The translations under genes were made by a program, and so were the position numbers. From contig CAYPYN010000002.1 in the NCBI GenBank assembly GCA_964415295.1, positions 24,485-88,484 of the forward strand: 64,000 bases of DNA, given 5' to 3'. The notes below the pieces were generated by a model. It did no database searches, was not told the DNA's origin, and saw nothing but the letters and a program-made list of their open reading frames with translations. The stretch comes from an uncultured Bacteroidota bacterium. GTDB lineage: Bacteria; CLD3; SB21. Every line of letters begins with the position of its first letter. Within the stretch, counting starts at the first letter, position 1. Below are positions 1-9,845 of this stretch, piece by piece.

Positions 1-1685
1 ACGGCAAAAAAGTCATTCCTCTCAACCAATTTAAGGAAACCGCAGGGGATTATGACGAAACCGAATTTAACAATTACAAATCGCTGTACGAAAAAACCCT
101 GACCACCATCTCGCAAGGCGAGATTGTTAAGGGCAAAATCCTGAGCATCAGCGAAAAAGAAGTCAAGGTCGATATCGGATTCAAGAGCGAAGGTATTATT
201 CCTACGACGGAATTCGGCACGAGCCTTGAGCGCTTTAAGATCGGCGATGAAATCGAAGTATTCCTTGACAATATCGAAGATAAAGAAGGACAGATCATAC
301 TTTCGCACAAGAAGGCCGACTTCATGCGTGTATGGGAACGTATTACCAAGATCCACGAGACGGGCGAAGTGGTCACCGGCACGATCACCAAACGCATCAA
401 AGGCGGTATGGTGGTCAACGTCATGGGTATCGACTGTTTCCTCCCGGGTTCCCAGATCGATGTCAAACCCATTCGGGATTTTGACGCTTTCGTAAACCGT
501 GAAATGCAATTCAAAGTAGTCAAGCTCAATAACCTTCGCAAAAATGTCGTGGTCAGCAGCCGTGCGTTGATCGAAGAATCCACCAAGGGTCAGCGCGAGC
601 GGATCCTTTCTGAACTTCAGAAAGGACAGATCCTCGAAGGAACGGTCAAGAACATCACCGATTTCGGCGCCTTCATTGATCTTGGCGGCGTAGACGGTCT
701 GCTCCACATCACCGATATGTCGTGGGGACGAGTCAAACATCCTTCCGAGATCGTGAAGCTGGACGAAAAAGTCAAGGTCATGGTCATTGATTTCAATGAA
801 CAGAAGGACCGCATTTCGCTCGGTATGAAACAAATGCAGGCAGAACCGTGGGTCGAAGCAGCCAAGAAATATCCGGTGAACACCCTGGTCAAAGGCAAGA
901 TCGTCTCGATCACCGACTACGGCGCCTTCATCGAACTTGAGAAGGGTATCGAAGGCCTGATCCATATATCGGAAATGTCTTGGAATCAGACCATCAAACA
1001 TCCGTCCCAGGTATTCAATATTGGCGATGAAGTGGAAGCGGAAGTCGTCAGCATCGTTGCTGAAGAACGCAAAGTATCTCTGTCCATCAAAAAACTGCAG
1101 AACGATCCTTGGGAAAATGTAGAGACCAAGTATCCTCTCGGAAGCAAGCACACCGGAAAAGTACGCAATCTGACCAACTTCGGCGTCTTCGTGGAACTCG
1201 AGCCGGGCATCGACGGTCTGGTGCACATTTCCGACCTGTCCTGGACCCGCAAGGTTCGCAATCCTAACGAGATCGTCAAGAAAGGCGACGATATCGATGT
1301 GGTGATCATGGGCATTGATAAAGAGAACCGCCGCATTTCCATGAGCCACAAACATATCGGTGAGAATCCGTGGGACAGTTTCATCGAAGCGTACTCTCCC
1401 GGAACGGAGACAACCGGCAAAGTAAGCCGCACGATCGAGAAGGGATTAATCGTCGAATTGCCTTTGGGCGTCGAAGGTTTTGTTCCTACTTCTCATCTTC
1501 CCAAATCCGACAGAAAAGACTCTTTCTCCGAAGGCACCGAACTGAACCTGGTGGTCATCGAATTCGATAAAGACAATAAGAAGATCGTACTTTCTTCAAC
1601 CGAATTTGAAAAAGCCAAGGAAGCCAAACTGGTTGAGGAATACAACGCCCGCCAGCAATCCGGAACGGAAGAAGCCAAGAGCTAA
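1..1685 (+). CDS. rpsA: 30S ribosomal protein S1 (5' end truncated by window edge)
   Basis: Frame open from window start to TAA at 1683-1685; translation contains repeated S1 OB-fold motifs (GTVKNITDFGAFIDLGGVDGLLHITDMSW, KGKIVSITDYGAFIEL, GKVRNLTNFGVFVELEPGIDGLVHISD). N-terminus lies upstream of the window. Confidence 0.9.
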   Translation, partial: GKKVIPLNQFKETAGDYDETEFNNYKSLYEKTLTTISQGEIVKGKILSISEKEVKVDIGFKSEGIIPTTEFGTSLERFKIGDEIEVFLDNIEDKEGQIILSHKKADFMRVWERITKIHETGEVVTGTITKRIKGGMVVNVMGIDCFLPGSQIDVKPIRDFDAFVNREMQFKVVKLNNLRKNVVVSSRALIEESTKGQRERILSELQKGQILEGTVKNITDFGAFIDLGGVDGLLHITDMSWGRVKHPSEIVKLDEKVKVMVIDFNEQKDRISLGMKQMQAEPWVEAAKKYPVNTLVKGKIVSITDYGAFIELEKGIEGLIHISEMSWNQTIKHPSQVFNIGDEVEAEVVSIVAEERKVSLSIKKLQNDPWENVETKYPLGSKHTGKVRNLTNFGVFVELEPGIDGLVHISDLSWTRKVRNPNEIVKKGDDIDVVIMGIDKENRRISMSHKHIGENPWDSFIEAYSPGTETTGKVSRTIEKGLIVELPLGVEGFVPTSHLPKSDRKDSFSEGTELNLVVIEFDKDNKKIVLSSTEFEKAKEAKLVEEYNARQQSGTEEAKS

Positions 1686-1709
1686 GAAAGGCTATCGCGA
1701 ACATCATTC

Positions 1710-1747
1710 AGGGTTGAATAGCCTCCGCTATTCAACCCTTTTTATTT
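1710..1747 (+). terminator. Rho-independent terminator after rpsA
   Basis: Perfect 13-bp inverted repeat AGGGTTGAATAGC / GCTATTCAACCCT with 4-nt loop, followed by TTTTATTT. Confidence 0.7.
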
Positions 1748-1758
1748 ACAGGCCGATC

Positions 1759-2400
1759 ATGACCCATGAACTATTGAAATATGAAACCGAGTGTTGGGAA
1801 CATCATCACCGGTACGTCGCCGGTACCGATGAAGCGGGCCGAGGACCTTTGGCGGGACCTGTAGTAGCGGCGGCCGTGATATTTGAAAGAGGTTTTATCA
1901 TCGAAGGTGTCACCGATTCCAAACAACTGACGGAAGCGCAAAGGGAGGAATACTTCGATCGCATTCAGCAAAACGCACTGGCCTTCCATGTCGCCATCAT
2001 CGATCATGAACAAATTGATAAAATCAATATATTGCAGGCGTCATTGAAGGGTATGCGAGAATGTATCGAATCCATGCCTGTCAAAGCGGACTACGTGCTG
2101 ATCGACGGTAATGCAGAAGCATTCCCGAAAAACCACTTCTACGGAACAAGGCAAAAAGCGATCGTTAAAGGGGATGCTAAGAGTTTTTCCATTGCCGCCG
2201 CCTCGATTCTGGCTAAGGTCACCCGCGACCGCCTCATGATTGAGTACGACAAGATATTCCCACAATATCAGTTTGCCCAGCACAAAGGTTATCCGACACC
2301 GGTTCACATCGAAGCCATAAAGAAACACGGACTTTCTACGATCCACCGAAAAACCTTCTGTTCCGGGATTTTACATGAACAACTGGGATTGGGAATTTAA
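1759..2400 (+). CDS. rnhB: Ribonuclease HII
   Basis: ATG at 1759 just downstream of the rpsA terminator; product carries the RNase HII signature GTDEAGRGPLAGPVVAAAV. The six-frame ORF start at 1606 is an upstream extension across the terminator. Confidence 0.85.
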   Translation: MTHELLKYETECWEHHHRYVAGTDEAGRGPLAGPVVAAAVIFERGFIIEGVTDSKQLTEAQREEYFDRIQQNALAFHVAIIDHEQIDKINILQASLKGMRECIESMPVKADYVLIDGNAEAFPKNHFYGTRQKAIVKGDAKSFSIAAASILAKVTRDRLMIEYDKIFPQYQFAQHKGYPTPVHIEAIKKHGLSTIHRKTFCSGILHEQLGLGI

Positions 2401-2429
2401 TTGGGCAGGAAAATGATCAGTAATTGACA

Positions 2430-3200
2430 TCACTTGATCGATTCAAGGAAGCTTGTCAAAGAGGCATTAAACGCGCTGGGATCCTCCATCATCGCCATGT
2501 GACCGCATTGGGCAAAGGATTGGTAAGTCGGTCTTCTGCAGACCTCCGCCATCCGAACGGATTTTTCGGAGGCAATCAATACATCATCACTTCCCGCCGC
2601 AACAAAAACAGGGACATCCAGCTTTCTTAAAGTTTCAAACTGATCCGGGCGCCCGGCCATCGCTTTTAGAGCGGAAATGACCCCTTCGCTTGAAGAATCT
2701 TTCATGATCATTCTCAGTTGCGCAACCAGTTCCGGTCTGGCTTTTTTATTAGCCGGCGCCAATAGTTTTTCGATCATCGCTTCGATAATAAATTCGGTAC
2801 CCTCTTTACCGACACGTTCTGCATTCTTGATTCGTCCCTCCTTTACTTCGGGCGTGTCGGCGGCCGCTTGTGAACAAACTAATCCCAATCCGGATAACCT
2901 TTCGGGATGGCGTTCGGCAAACGCTAAAGAAATGTATCCGCCCATAGAGTGTCCGATAAGAATCGCCCTATCGATCTTTCTTTCGACCAACAAGACCGCC
3001 ATGAGGTCGGCGTAATCGTACATCGACATCATGTTGTTTAAAGAAGACTTTCCAAAACCCGGAAGATCCGCAGCGATGACTCGAAAACGCTTGGCGAGGG
3101 AAAATTGGTTATGCCAAATGGTGTGATTAAGGGGATATCCGTGAATGAATAGAAGCGGAAGACCCTGACCTTCATCGCGAATAAAGAGGTCGCGCAACAT
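2430..3200 (-). CDS. Alpha/beta-fold hydrolase
   Basis: Nucleophile elbow GHSMGG and HGYP motif; start set to the ATG at 3200 (MLRDLF...) because the upstream ORF start at 3263 would overlap the proS 3' end by about 58 bp. Confidence 0.6.
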   Translation of the reverse strand: MLRDLFIRDEGQGLPLLFIHGYPLNHTIWHNQFSLAKRFRVIAADLPGFGKSSLNNMMSMYDYADLMAVLLVERKIDRAILIGHSMGGYISLAFAERHPERLSGLGLVCSQAAADTPEVKEGRIKNAERVGKEGTEFIIEAMIEKLLAPANKKARPELVAQLRMIMKDSSSEGVISALKAMAGRPDQFETLRKLDVPVFVAAGSDDVLIASEKSVRMAEVCRRPTYQSFAQCGHMAMMEDPSAFNASLTSFLESIK

Positions 3201-3205
3201 AAGCG

Positions 3206-4648
3206 CTAATAGGCCTTGGCAAATATGACCTGAACATCGGTTTCTTTTCCAGTAAAGACGCACTTGCCTTTGTCACCGTTCTGGTCCATCGGAACACAGC
3301 GGATCGTCGCTTTGGTTTCTTCCTTGATCCGGGCTTCGTCTTCGCGGCTGCCGGCCCAGAAACATCGGGCAAAACCCGCGTCTTCGTCCATGAGTTTTTT
3401 CAAGTGCGTATAATCCGATGCAAAAAAGGTATTGTCGTCTCGGAATTTCCTGGCACGCTGGAACAGATTGTTCTGAATATCCTCAAGTAAGGCCGGTATC
3501 TTTGAAGCAATTTCATCCGTTTTCATCGTGACCTTATCCGTCTTCTCCGTTTTGTCCCGACGCGCACAAACGACCTGACCGGCCGCCAAATCCTTTGGAC
3601 CGAGTTCCATTCGGATCGGTACACCTTTGATCTCCCACTCGTTGAATTTCCATCCCGGGCGATACTGGTCGCGATCGTCGATCTGAACCCGAACGCCGAG
3701 CCCTTTAAGGGCCGTTTTGATCTTTTGAGCAGCCTCCACCGTTCTGGCCTTTTCTTCATCATCCTTGAAAATCGGTATAATCACGACCTGAGTCGGGGCC
3801 AGTTTCGGCGGCAAAACAAGACCGTTGTCGTCGCTGTGCGCCATAATGAGCGCACCAACCAGCCGTGTAGAAACACCCCAACTGGTTGCCCATACGTATT
3901 GCAGCTGGGTTTTCTCATCCTGGAATTTAACATCAAATGCTTTGGCAAAATTTTGCCCGAGATTATGGGATGTTCCTGCCTGCAACGCTTTCTTATCCTG
4001 CATCATGGCTTCAATACAATACGTATGCAGCGCACCTGCGAACTTCTCCGAATCTGTCTTCTTTCCGTGGATCACCGGCAGGGCCATAAATTCTTCCGCA
4101 AACCGGCGATACACATGGAGCATCTGAACGGCTTCGGCTTCGGCATCTTCGTAAGTAGCGTGCGCAGTGTGTCCCTCCTGCCACAGGAACTCGGTCGTTC
4201 GCAGAAATAATCTCGTACGCATTTCCCACCGTACCACATTGGCCCATTGATTAATCAGGATCGGAAGGTCCCGGTAGGATTGGATCCACTTCTGGTACAT
4301 ACTCCATATAATTGTTTCGGAGGTCGGGCGGATGTACAGATTTTCCTCCAATTCCTTTCCCCCGCCATGCGTTACAACCGCGCATTCCGGCGAGAAACCC
4401 TCCACATGTTCCTTCTCTTTATTCATAAAACTTTCCGGTATGAATAGAGGGAAATAGGCATTCACATGACCCGTCTCTTTGAACATGGCATCGAGGGCCT
4501 GCTGTATATGTTCCCAAATTGCGTAGCCGTTGGGACGAATGATCATACAGCCTTTGACGGGCGCGTAGTCCGCCAATTGTGCCTGCTGAATGATGTCAAT
4601 ATACCATTGGGAATAATCCTGAGAACGTTTTGTGATCTTTTCAGCCAT
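3206..4648 (-). CDS. proS: Proline--tRNA ligase, archaeal/eukaryotic-type
   Basis: 480-aa class II aaRS with ProRS motifs; short form without the bacterial editing insertion and ending in a C-terminal Tyr (...VIFAKAY), as in archaeal-type ProRS. Confidence 0.85.
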   Translation of the reverse strand: MAEKITKRSQDYSQWYIDIIQQAQLADYAPVKGCMIIRPNGYAIWEHIQQALDAMFKETGHVNAYFPLFIPESFMNKEKEHVEGFSPECAVVTHGGGKELEENLYIRPTSETIIWSMYQKWIQSYRDLPILINQWANVVRWEMRTRLFLRTTEFLWQEGHTAHATYEDAEAEAVQMLHVYRRFAEEFMALPVIHGKKTDSEKFAGALHTYCIEAMMQDKKALQAGTSHNLGQNFAKAFDVKFQDEKTQLQYVWATSWGVSTRLVGALIMAHSDDNGLVLPPKLAPTQVVIIPIFKDDEEKARTVEAAQKIKTALKGLGVRVQIDDRDQYRPGWKFNEWEIKGVPIRMELGPKDLAAGQVVCARRDKTEKTDKVTMKTDEIASKIPALLEDIQNNLFQRARKFRDDNTFFASDYTHLKKLMDEDAGFARCFWAGSREDEARIKEETKATIRCVPMDQNGDKGKCVFTGKETDVQVIFAKAY

Positions 4649-4677
4649 CTGAGAACTCCGTCATGTTAATATCCAAT

Positions 4678-4754
4678 TGGTACGCCCGGCGGGGGTCGAA
4701 CCCACAACCTTTGGCTCCGGAGGCCAACACTCTATCCAATTGAGCTACGGGCGC
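4678..4754 (-). tRNA. tRNA-Arg (anticodon CCG)
   Basis: Minus-strand sequence GCGCCCGTAGCTCAATTGGATAGAGTGTTGGCCTCCGGAGCCAAAGGTTGTGGGTTCGACCCCCGCCGGGCGTACCA: 7-bp acceptor stem, D-loop with GG, anticodon loop CTCCGGA (anticodon CCG), T-loop GGTTCGA, encoded CCA. Confidence 0.85.
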
Positions 4755-5004
4755 AAAACAAGCGGCCAAAAGTATCAAATCTTTTATACAATTTCAAGGT
4801 GTAACTAAAAAGAAAGCGATATTTTTGCAGCAAAACTTTTTGAAAAATACCTTGCGGAATTGTTTACAATTCGATAATATTTCCGCAACACTTCCCGCGT
4901 AAATTACTCATATTTTACGCATCAAAGAAACCTTTCAGTATTTTTTCATGCATACCATAAATAACTACCCTATCTTTCACTCTAACTTTGAAGGAGAACT
5001 CAGA

Positions 5005-8000
5005 ATGTCAAAGAAGTTACCCTCTTTGCTCACGGGCAAACCCGCCTTCTTGCTGTTCGCAGGACTTCTGGCGTTTGTTTGCATCTTTTCTGCGCAATCC
5101 GTGTCCGCCCAGGGCGTAACGACCGCCGCCGTCAACGGTGTCGTTACCGACAATAATGGGCAACCGGTCTATGGCGCCAATGTGATCGCGATGCACGTAC
5201 CGTCGGGAACACGATTTGGTGCGGCGACGCGTGCCGATGGCCGCTATAACATTCCGGCTATGCGAGTCGGCGGTCCCTATACGATTTTCGTTACCTACAT
5301 CGGCTACAAGGAAGACCGGCGTGAAGGCATCACCTTGACCCTCGGTGAAAACCGCCGCATTGATTTCAAGCTGGTGGAAGAAGCGATCGAAGGCGAAGCC
5401 ATCGTGGTTGTCTCGGAGCGCAATCCTATCATCAGCGAATCAAGAACGGGAGCTGCCAAAACCGTTTCCAATCTTGAAATTCAATCCATGCCGACCCTCA
5501 GCCGCGATTTCGGCGACTTTACGCGACTGACACCCCAATTCTCCGGCAACAGTGCTGCCGGCCGTAATAACCGTTTCAACAACATCCAGATTGACGGTGC
5601 TGTCAATAACGACCTTTTCGGTTTGGCCTCCAGCGGTACACCGGGCGGACAAGCCGGAACCTCACCTATCAGTTTGGACGCTATTCAGGAATTCCAGGTC
5701 GTGATCGCTCCTTTTGACGTTCGTCAGGGCGGTTTCACCGGAGCCGGTATCAACGCTATTACCCGTTCGGGCAGCAATAATATTGAAGCGTCGGCTTATT
5801 ACCTCTTTAAGAATCAAGATTTGGTCCGTGAAAAACTTAAAGGCGTAACCATCACCGATTTCAGTGAGAAAACGGCCGGTTTCCGTGTTGGCGGTCCGAT
5901 CATCAAAGATAAGCTATTCTTCTTCGTGAACGGCGAAGTTACGCGCCGCACCGACCCGACCGAATACGGTATCAAAGGTGATAGCAATGCTACAGACTTT
6001 GTAGCTATTCCCGTTGATACGGCTCAGGCTTTGCGGGACTTCTTGATCAACAAATATGGTTATGATCCCGGCGGATTCGACATGCGTAACGTACCGATTC
6101 GCAGCAACAAAGTGTTTGCCCGCTTGGATTACAACATCACGGATAAACATCGGTTAACGCTGCGTCATAATTACGTGGGCGCCGATCAGGAAATCCTCCG
6201 CCGAGTCACCGGACAAAGCGCTACCAGCAGCAGCACGGGATTCCGTTTCGGCGATGCCGGTTATATCTTCAAGAACACGACCAATTCGACAGTCATGCAG
6301 TTGAACAGCACGCTCGGCAAATCGCTGTACAACGAGTTGACGATAGGTTATTCCTATATCGATGACCATCGCGCTGATCCGGGTAACAAACGTTTCCCGA
6401 CGGTCATTATCAACAACGGCGGCTCCCAGATGGTGGTCGGCACGGAACAGTTCTCCCAGAATAACTTCCTGAAACAAAGCATTCTGGAACTGACCGACAA
6501 CGTAACTTACTTCATGGGCGATCATACGTTCACAGTGGGCACGCACAATGAGTTCTTCTCATTTGAAAACTCGTTCTTACCCCAGTACAACGGCCGTTAT
6601 CAATACAACGGATTAACTCAGTTCATCCGCTCCGCCAACGGCGACACGAACATGATCAACGGCTACTTCCTGACATATCCGATTGATCCCGAAACGTATC
6701 AGCGTTCGACCGGCAAAGATCCTCAAGCTTCCTTCAGCGTTTCCCAGTTGGGCTTCTACGCTCAGGATGCATGGTCTGTCATGCCGAACTTAAAATTGAC
6801 CTTGGGTCTCCGTATTGATGTGCCCATCATCAGTGATAAGCCGTCGGCCAATGACACGTTTGCATTGGCATCCGACCTGGCAACGTACGGACACAAACGT
6901 ACGGACGAAGTCGCAAGCGGTAATCTGCTTTTCTCACCACGTATGGGATTCAACTGGGACGTCTTCAACGATAACCAAACACAGGTTCGCGGCGGTCTTG
7001 GTATCTTCTCTGGCCGCAGTCCTTATGTATGGATCTCGAATCAGTATTCCAACACCGGCGCCGATTTTGGAACCGTTTCATTCAATGCTACTCAGGCCCG
7101 TCCTTTGACGTTTAATGACGACCCGCTTAATCAGCCTATCGAGAACAGACCGGGCTTAGGACAGGGATACAACTCGACGATCAACCTGATGGATCCGGAC
7201 TTTAAATATCCTCAAGTGGTTCGCGGAAACTTCGCAGTCGACCAGGAATTACCGGGCGGCTGGATAGGAACCATTGAGCTTGTCGCATCGGATGCTCTCT
7301 ATGACGCTATGTTCCAGGATATCAGCTTGGTTGGACCACAAAGTTGGTCACCAAATGACGGCCGCCCACGCTACGGTACTATCAGTACCACAGCCACACC
7401 CAGCGCAACCATGGGTAGCCCGACAATCCGGCCAACCCGTCAGGATACTTTGACTTTCACGAAGACCTACGGGAATGTCATGTATCTGACCAATTCGAAG
7501 AATGGTTACCAGTATAACTTCACGGTCCAGTTACAGAAGACCTTTGCGACCGGATTTGGCGGCAAATACGACAAAGGCCTTTATGCAATGGCGGCTTACA
7601 CGCTGGGTAGATCCACAGACGTGACCAGCGCGACCAGCAGTATCGCTTTCTCAAACTGGCAGTTCAACCCGACACAGGGCGATCCCAATAACACGAAGAT
7701 CACGGCTAGGTCCAATTATGAACAGCGCCATGCTATTATTGCTTCGATATCCCAAAGCCTGGAACTGTACAAGAAGTGGAAAACCACGGTATCCTTATTC
7801 TATTCGGGCCGTTCGGGTCAGCCTTTTTCGACGACGTATAACGGAGACGTAAATGCGGACGGTGCTACTTCCAATGACCTTATCTATGTTCCGAAAGACA
7901 AAACCGATATCATTCTGGTAGGCAACAACGCAACCGACACCCGTACGGCCGATCAGATCTGGGTGGAACTGGATGACTGGATCAGCGATGATCCCGCTTT

Positions 8001-8349
8001 GGACAAGGCCCGTGGCGAGATCATTAAGCGAAATGCCAGCACAGCTCCTTGGGTCAATCGTGTGGACTTCAAACTGGCCCAGGAAATCCCGGTAACGGAT
8101 CGCTACGGCAAATTCGAACTGACCATGGATATTTTCAACCTTATGAACTTACTCAATAAGGATTGGGGAGAATCATTGTTCGTCAGTAATCAGAACCTGT
8201 CGGCCATTCGTTTCCGCGGTGTCCGCACTTCGGACAATAAGCCTGTATTCTCTTTCTCCAAAGATCCGAACCTCATTAAGGGACGTTATTCCAGAGCCAA
8301 TGTCGGCTCCCGCTGGCAGATGCAGCTCGGCGTCCGATATACATTCTAA
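5005..8349 (+). CDS. TonB-dependent-receptor-like outer-membrane protein with N-terminal carboxypeptidase-regulatory-like domain
   Basis: ATG at 5005 preceded by AAGGAGAA; signal peptide then a carboxypeptidase-regulatory-like N-terminal segment (GVVTDNNGQPVYGANV), a long beta-rich body and a C-terminal ...QLGVRYTF (terminal aromatic typical of OM beta-barrels). Confidence 0.7.
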   Translation: MSKKLPSLLTGKPAFLLFAGLLAFVCIFSAQSVSAQGVTTAAVNGVVTDNNGQPVYGANVIAMHVPSGTRFGAATRADGRYNIPAMRVGGPYTIFVTYIGYKEDRREGITLTLGENRRIDFKLVEEAIEGEAIVVVSERNPIISESRTGAAKTVSNLEIQSMPTLSRDFGDFTRLTPQFSGNSAAGRNNRFNNIQIDGAVNNDLFGLASSGTPGGQAGTSPISLDAIQEFQVVIAPFDVRQGGFTGAGINAITRSGSNNIEASAYYLFKNQDLVREKLKGVTITDFSEKTAGFRVGGPIIKDKLFFFVNGEVTRRTDPTEYGIKGDSNATDFVAIPVDTAQALRDFLINKYGYDPGGFDMRNVPIRSNKVFARLDYNITDKHRLTLRHNYVGADQEILRRVTGQSATSSSTGFRFGDAGYIFKNTTNSTVMQLNSTLGKSLYNELTIGYSYIDDHRADPGNKRFPTVIINNGGSQMVVGTEQFSQNNFLKQSILELTDNVTYFMGDHTFTVGTHNEFFSFENSFLPQYNGRYQYNGLTQFIRSANGDTNMINGYFLTYPIDPETYQRSTGKDPQASFSVSQLGFYAQDAWSVMPNLKLTLGLRIDVPIISDKPSANDTFALASDLATYGHKRTDEVASGNLLFSPRMGFNWDVFNDNQTQVRGGLGIFSGRSPYVWISNQYSNTGADFGTVSFNATQARPLTFNDDPLNQPIENRPGLGQGYNSTINLMDPDFKYPQVVRGNFAVDQELPGGWIGTIELVASDALYDAMFQDISLVGPQSWSPNDGRPRYGTISTTATPSATMGSPTIRPTRQDTLTFTKTYGNVMYLTNSKNGYQYNFTVQLQKTFATGFGGKYDKGLYAMAAYTLGRSTDVTSATSSIAFSNWQFNPTQGDPNNTKITARSNYEQRHAIIASISQSLELYKKWKTTVSLFYSGRSGQPFSTTYNGDVNADGATSNDLIYVPKDKTDIILVGNNATDTRTADQIWVELDDWISDDPALDKARGEIIKRNASTAPWVNRVDFKLAQEIPVTDRYGKFELTMDIFNLMNLLNKDWGESLFVSNQNLSAIRFRGVRTSDNKPVFSFSKDPNLIKGRYSRANVGSRWQMQLGVRYTF

Positions 8350-8370
8350 TCTTGTTTGAGACCAAACAAA

Positions 8371-8406
8371 AAGCCGTTCCGCAATATGCGGAACGGCTTT
8401 TTTGTT
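8371..8406 (+). terminator. Rho-independent terminator
   Basis: 13-bp perfect stem AAGCCGTTCCGCA / TGCGGAACGGCTT, 3-nt loop, followed by TTTTGTT; an A-tract upstream could also let it act on the opposite strand. Confidence 0.75.
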
Positions 8407-8543
8407 ATACTATTAATGGATAGTCCGATTTCGACTTAAGTATACCCTGTTCTGATGTATTGCTTTCAGAATAAACAACAAAGAGGGGTTCTCAGAAAGA
8501 AAGGCTCTCTGGGGAAAGAAGAGGACAATAAATGACGGTGCGC

Positions 8544-9845
8544 CTAGCGCAGAACGGTCTTAATATTGAGAGCGAATGAGAAGCGTCTTAAAGTAATCAG
8601 GCCTTCCAGATTATTTGTCGCGATGTCGATCGTCGTCCTGCCCCAAAGGAATCCGGCGCCGCCGGACACATTAAATCCCCGGTTATCTCCACCTAAGGAC
8701 ATACCCCCGCGAAGTAAGACATAGTCCGACGTCTTGTATTCGGCGCCTACGGCCATTCTCGGCACGGTTGAACCGCTGACGTCATTGAGGTAATGCTCAA
8801 TGTCTCCTGTAAGCAACAGCTTTTTGTTGTACTGATAACCGGCGCCGATACGGAGAATCATTGGAAGCTTTCTTGAATAAGAACCAACATGATACGTGGT
8901 GTCAAATTTGTCGGAGTTATAGTTGGCGTCCAGGCTGTCCTTGTGATCACGGAATTTTACGTCAAATACGTCGCTGGCACGGATCGAATAATACCCCCGC
9001 CGGACCGTGTCTTGTTTGGTCCAGCTGACCTGGCTGACAATATTCATCACGCTGATCCCCACCGTCCAATGCCGGTTAACACGGGCCACCGTACCCAGAT
9101 CGATACCAAAACCATTCCCACCTCTCGACTCTCTCGTCAAGAAACTTCCCCGTGTAATGATAGAATCGCTTTTTTGGATAATACCGCTCATGTCGCTAAC
9201 CGTTACTTGACCAAATCCCATGATGTACTTCAGCGTCATGCCGGCCGACATTTCTTTGACCAGGTTGGGCAGAAAATTCTTGATCGGGTAACCCGCCGAC
9301 ATACTGATATCAAGATAAGCGTCTCCGCCGGCTTTCCCTTTGGCGTTCATCCTCTTAGCCCCTACGTCGTAATTACTCAGGGCCAGATCAAATATATCCT
9401 TGGGGATCTGAGAATACCCGTTTCCATTTAGTCTGACATTCAAGGCATAGTTGCGATACTGAAATCCCAGGATGCGAGCCTCACCGTCTCCGTTGGCCCT
9501 AAGGGATTTGTCGCCTCCAAAAAGATCGAGGAAATTGTTCTTATCTTTTTCACTCAGGGCCTTGCCGTTGTATTTGTTATAATTTGGAATACTGAGTACA
9601 TTATTTCCTATTCTGAAACCGGCCGCAAAGACCTGTAACATCATACGATCGTTATTGCGATTCGTTAATCCCAAATTGGCCGGGTTCCAGAGAAAAGCTT
9701 CCGTGTTTTCGGCGACAGCTGTATTGGCTCGTCCCATGGCCACGGCCCTCGCGTCCGATTCTCCGCCGCCGCCCGCAAAAAGCGTACGGACGGAACCAAG
9801 AATAGCAATAATAAATAATGTTACAATAAATGCAGTTTTAGTCAT
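8544..9845 (-). CDS. Putative outer-membrane beta-barrel protein (FadL/PorV-like N-terminal motif)
   Basis: Signal peptide (MTKTAFIVTLFIIAILGSVRTLFA), then ARAVAMGRANTAVAENTEAFLWNPANLG resembling the N-terminal motif of FadL/PorV-type barrels; alternating beta pattern. Start set to the ATG at 9845; the ORF-track start at 9860 is TTG. Confidence 0.45.
   Translation of the reverse strand: MTKTAFIVTLFIIAILGSVRTLFAGGGGESDARAVAMGRANTAVAENTEAFLWNPANLGLTNRNNDRMMLQVFAAGFRIGNNVLSIPNYNKYNGKALSEKDKNNFLDLFGGDKSLRANGDGEARILGFQYRNYALNVRLNGNGYSQIPKDIFDLALSNYDVGAKRMNAKGKAGGDAYLDISMSAGYPIKNFLPNLVKEMSAGMTLKYIMGFGQVTVSDMSGIIQKSDSIITRGSFLTRESRGGNGFGIDLGTVARVNRHWTVGISVMNIVSQVSWTKQDTVRRGYYSIRASDVFDVKFRDHKDSLDANYNSDKFDTTYHVGSYSRKLPMILRIGAGYQYNKKLLLTGDIEHYLNDVSGSTVPRMAVGAEYKTSDYVLLRGGMSLGGDNRGFNVSGGAGFLWGRTTIDIATNNLEGLITLRRFSFALNIKTVLR

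Noticed and set aside
1606-1758. Upstream extension of the rnhB ORF
   Set aside because: The extension runs through the rpsA terminator hairpin and overlaps rpsA; the conserved RNase HII sequence begins at the ATG at 1759.
3201-3263. Upstream start for the alpha/beta-hydrolase ORF overlapping proS
   Set aside because: It would overlap the proS 3' end by about 58 bp; the ATG at 3200 immediately after the proS stop is more parsimonious.
4880-4925. Sigma70-type promoter (TTTACA ... TAATAT) upstream of the TonB-type receptor gene
   Set aside because: Spacing between the hexamers is only about 6 bp; a Bacteroidetes-type TAnnTTTG element (TATTTTTG near 4820) is possible but I could not establish it by inspection.
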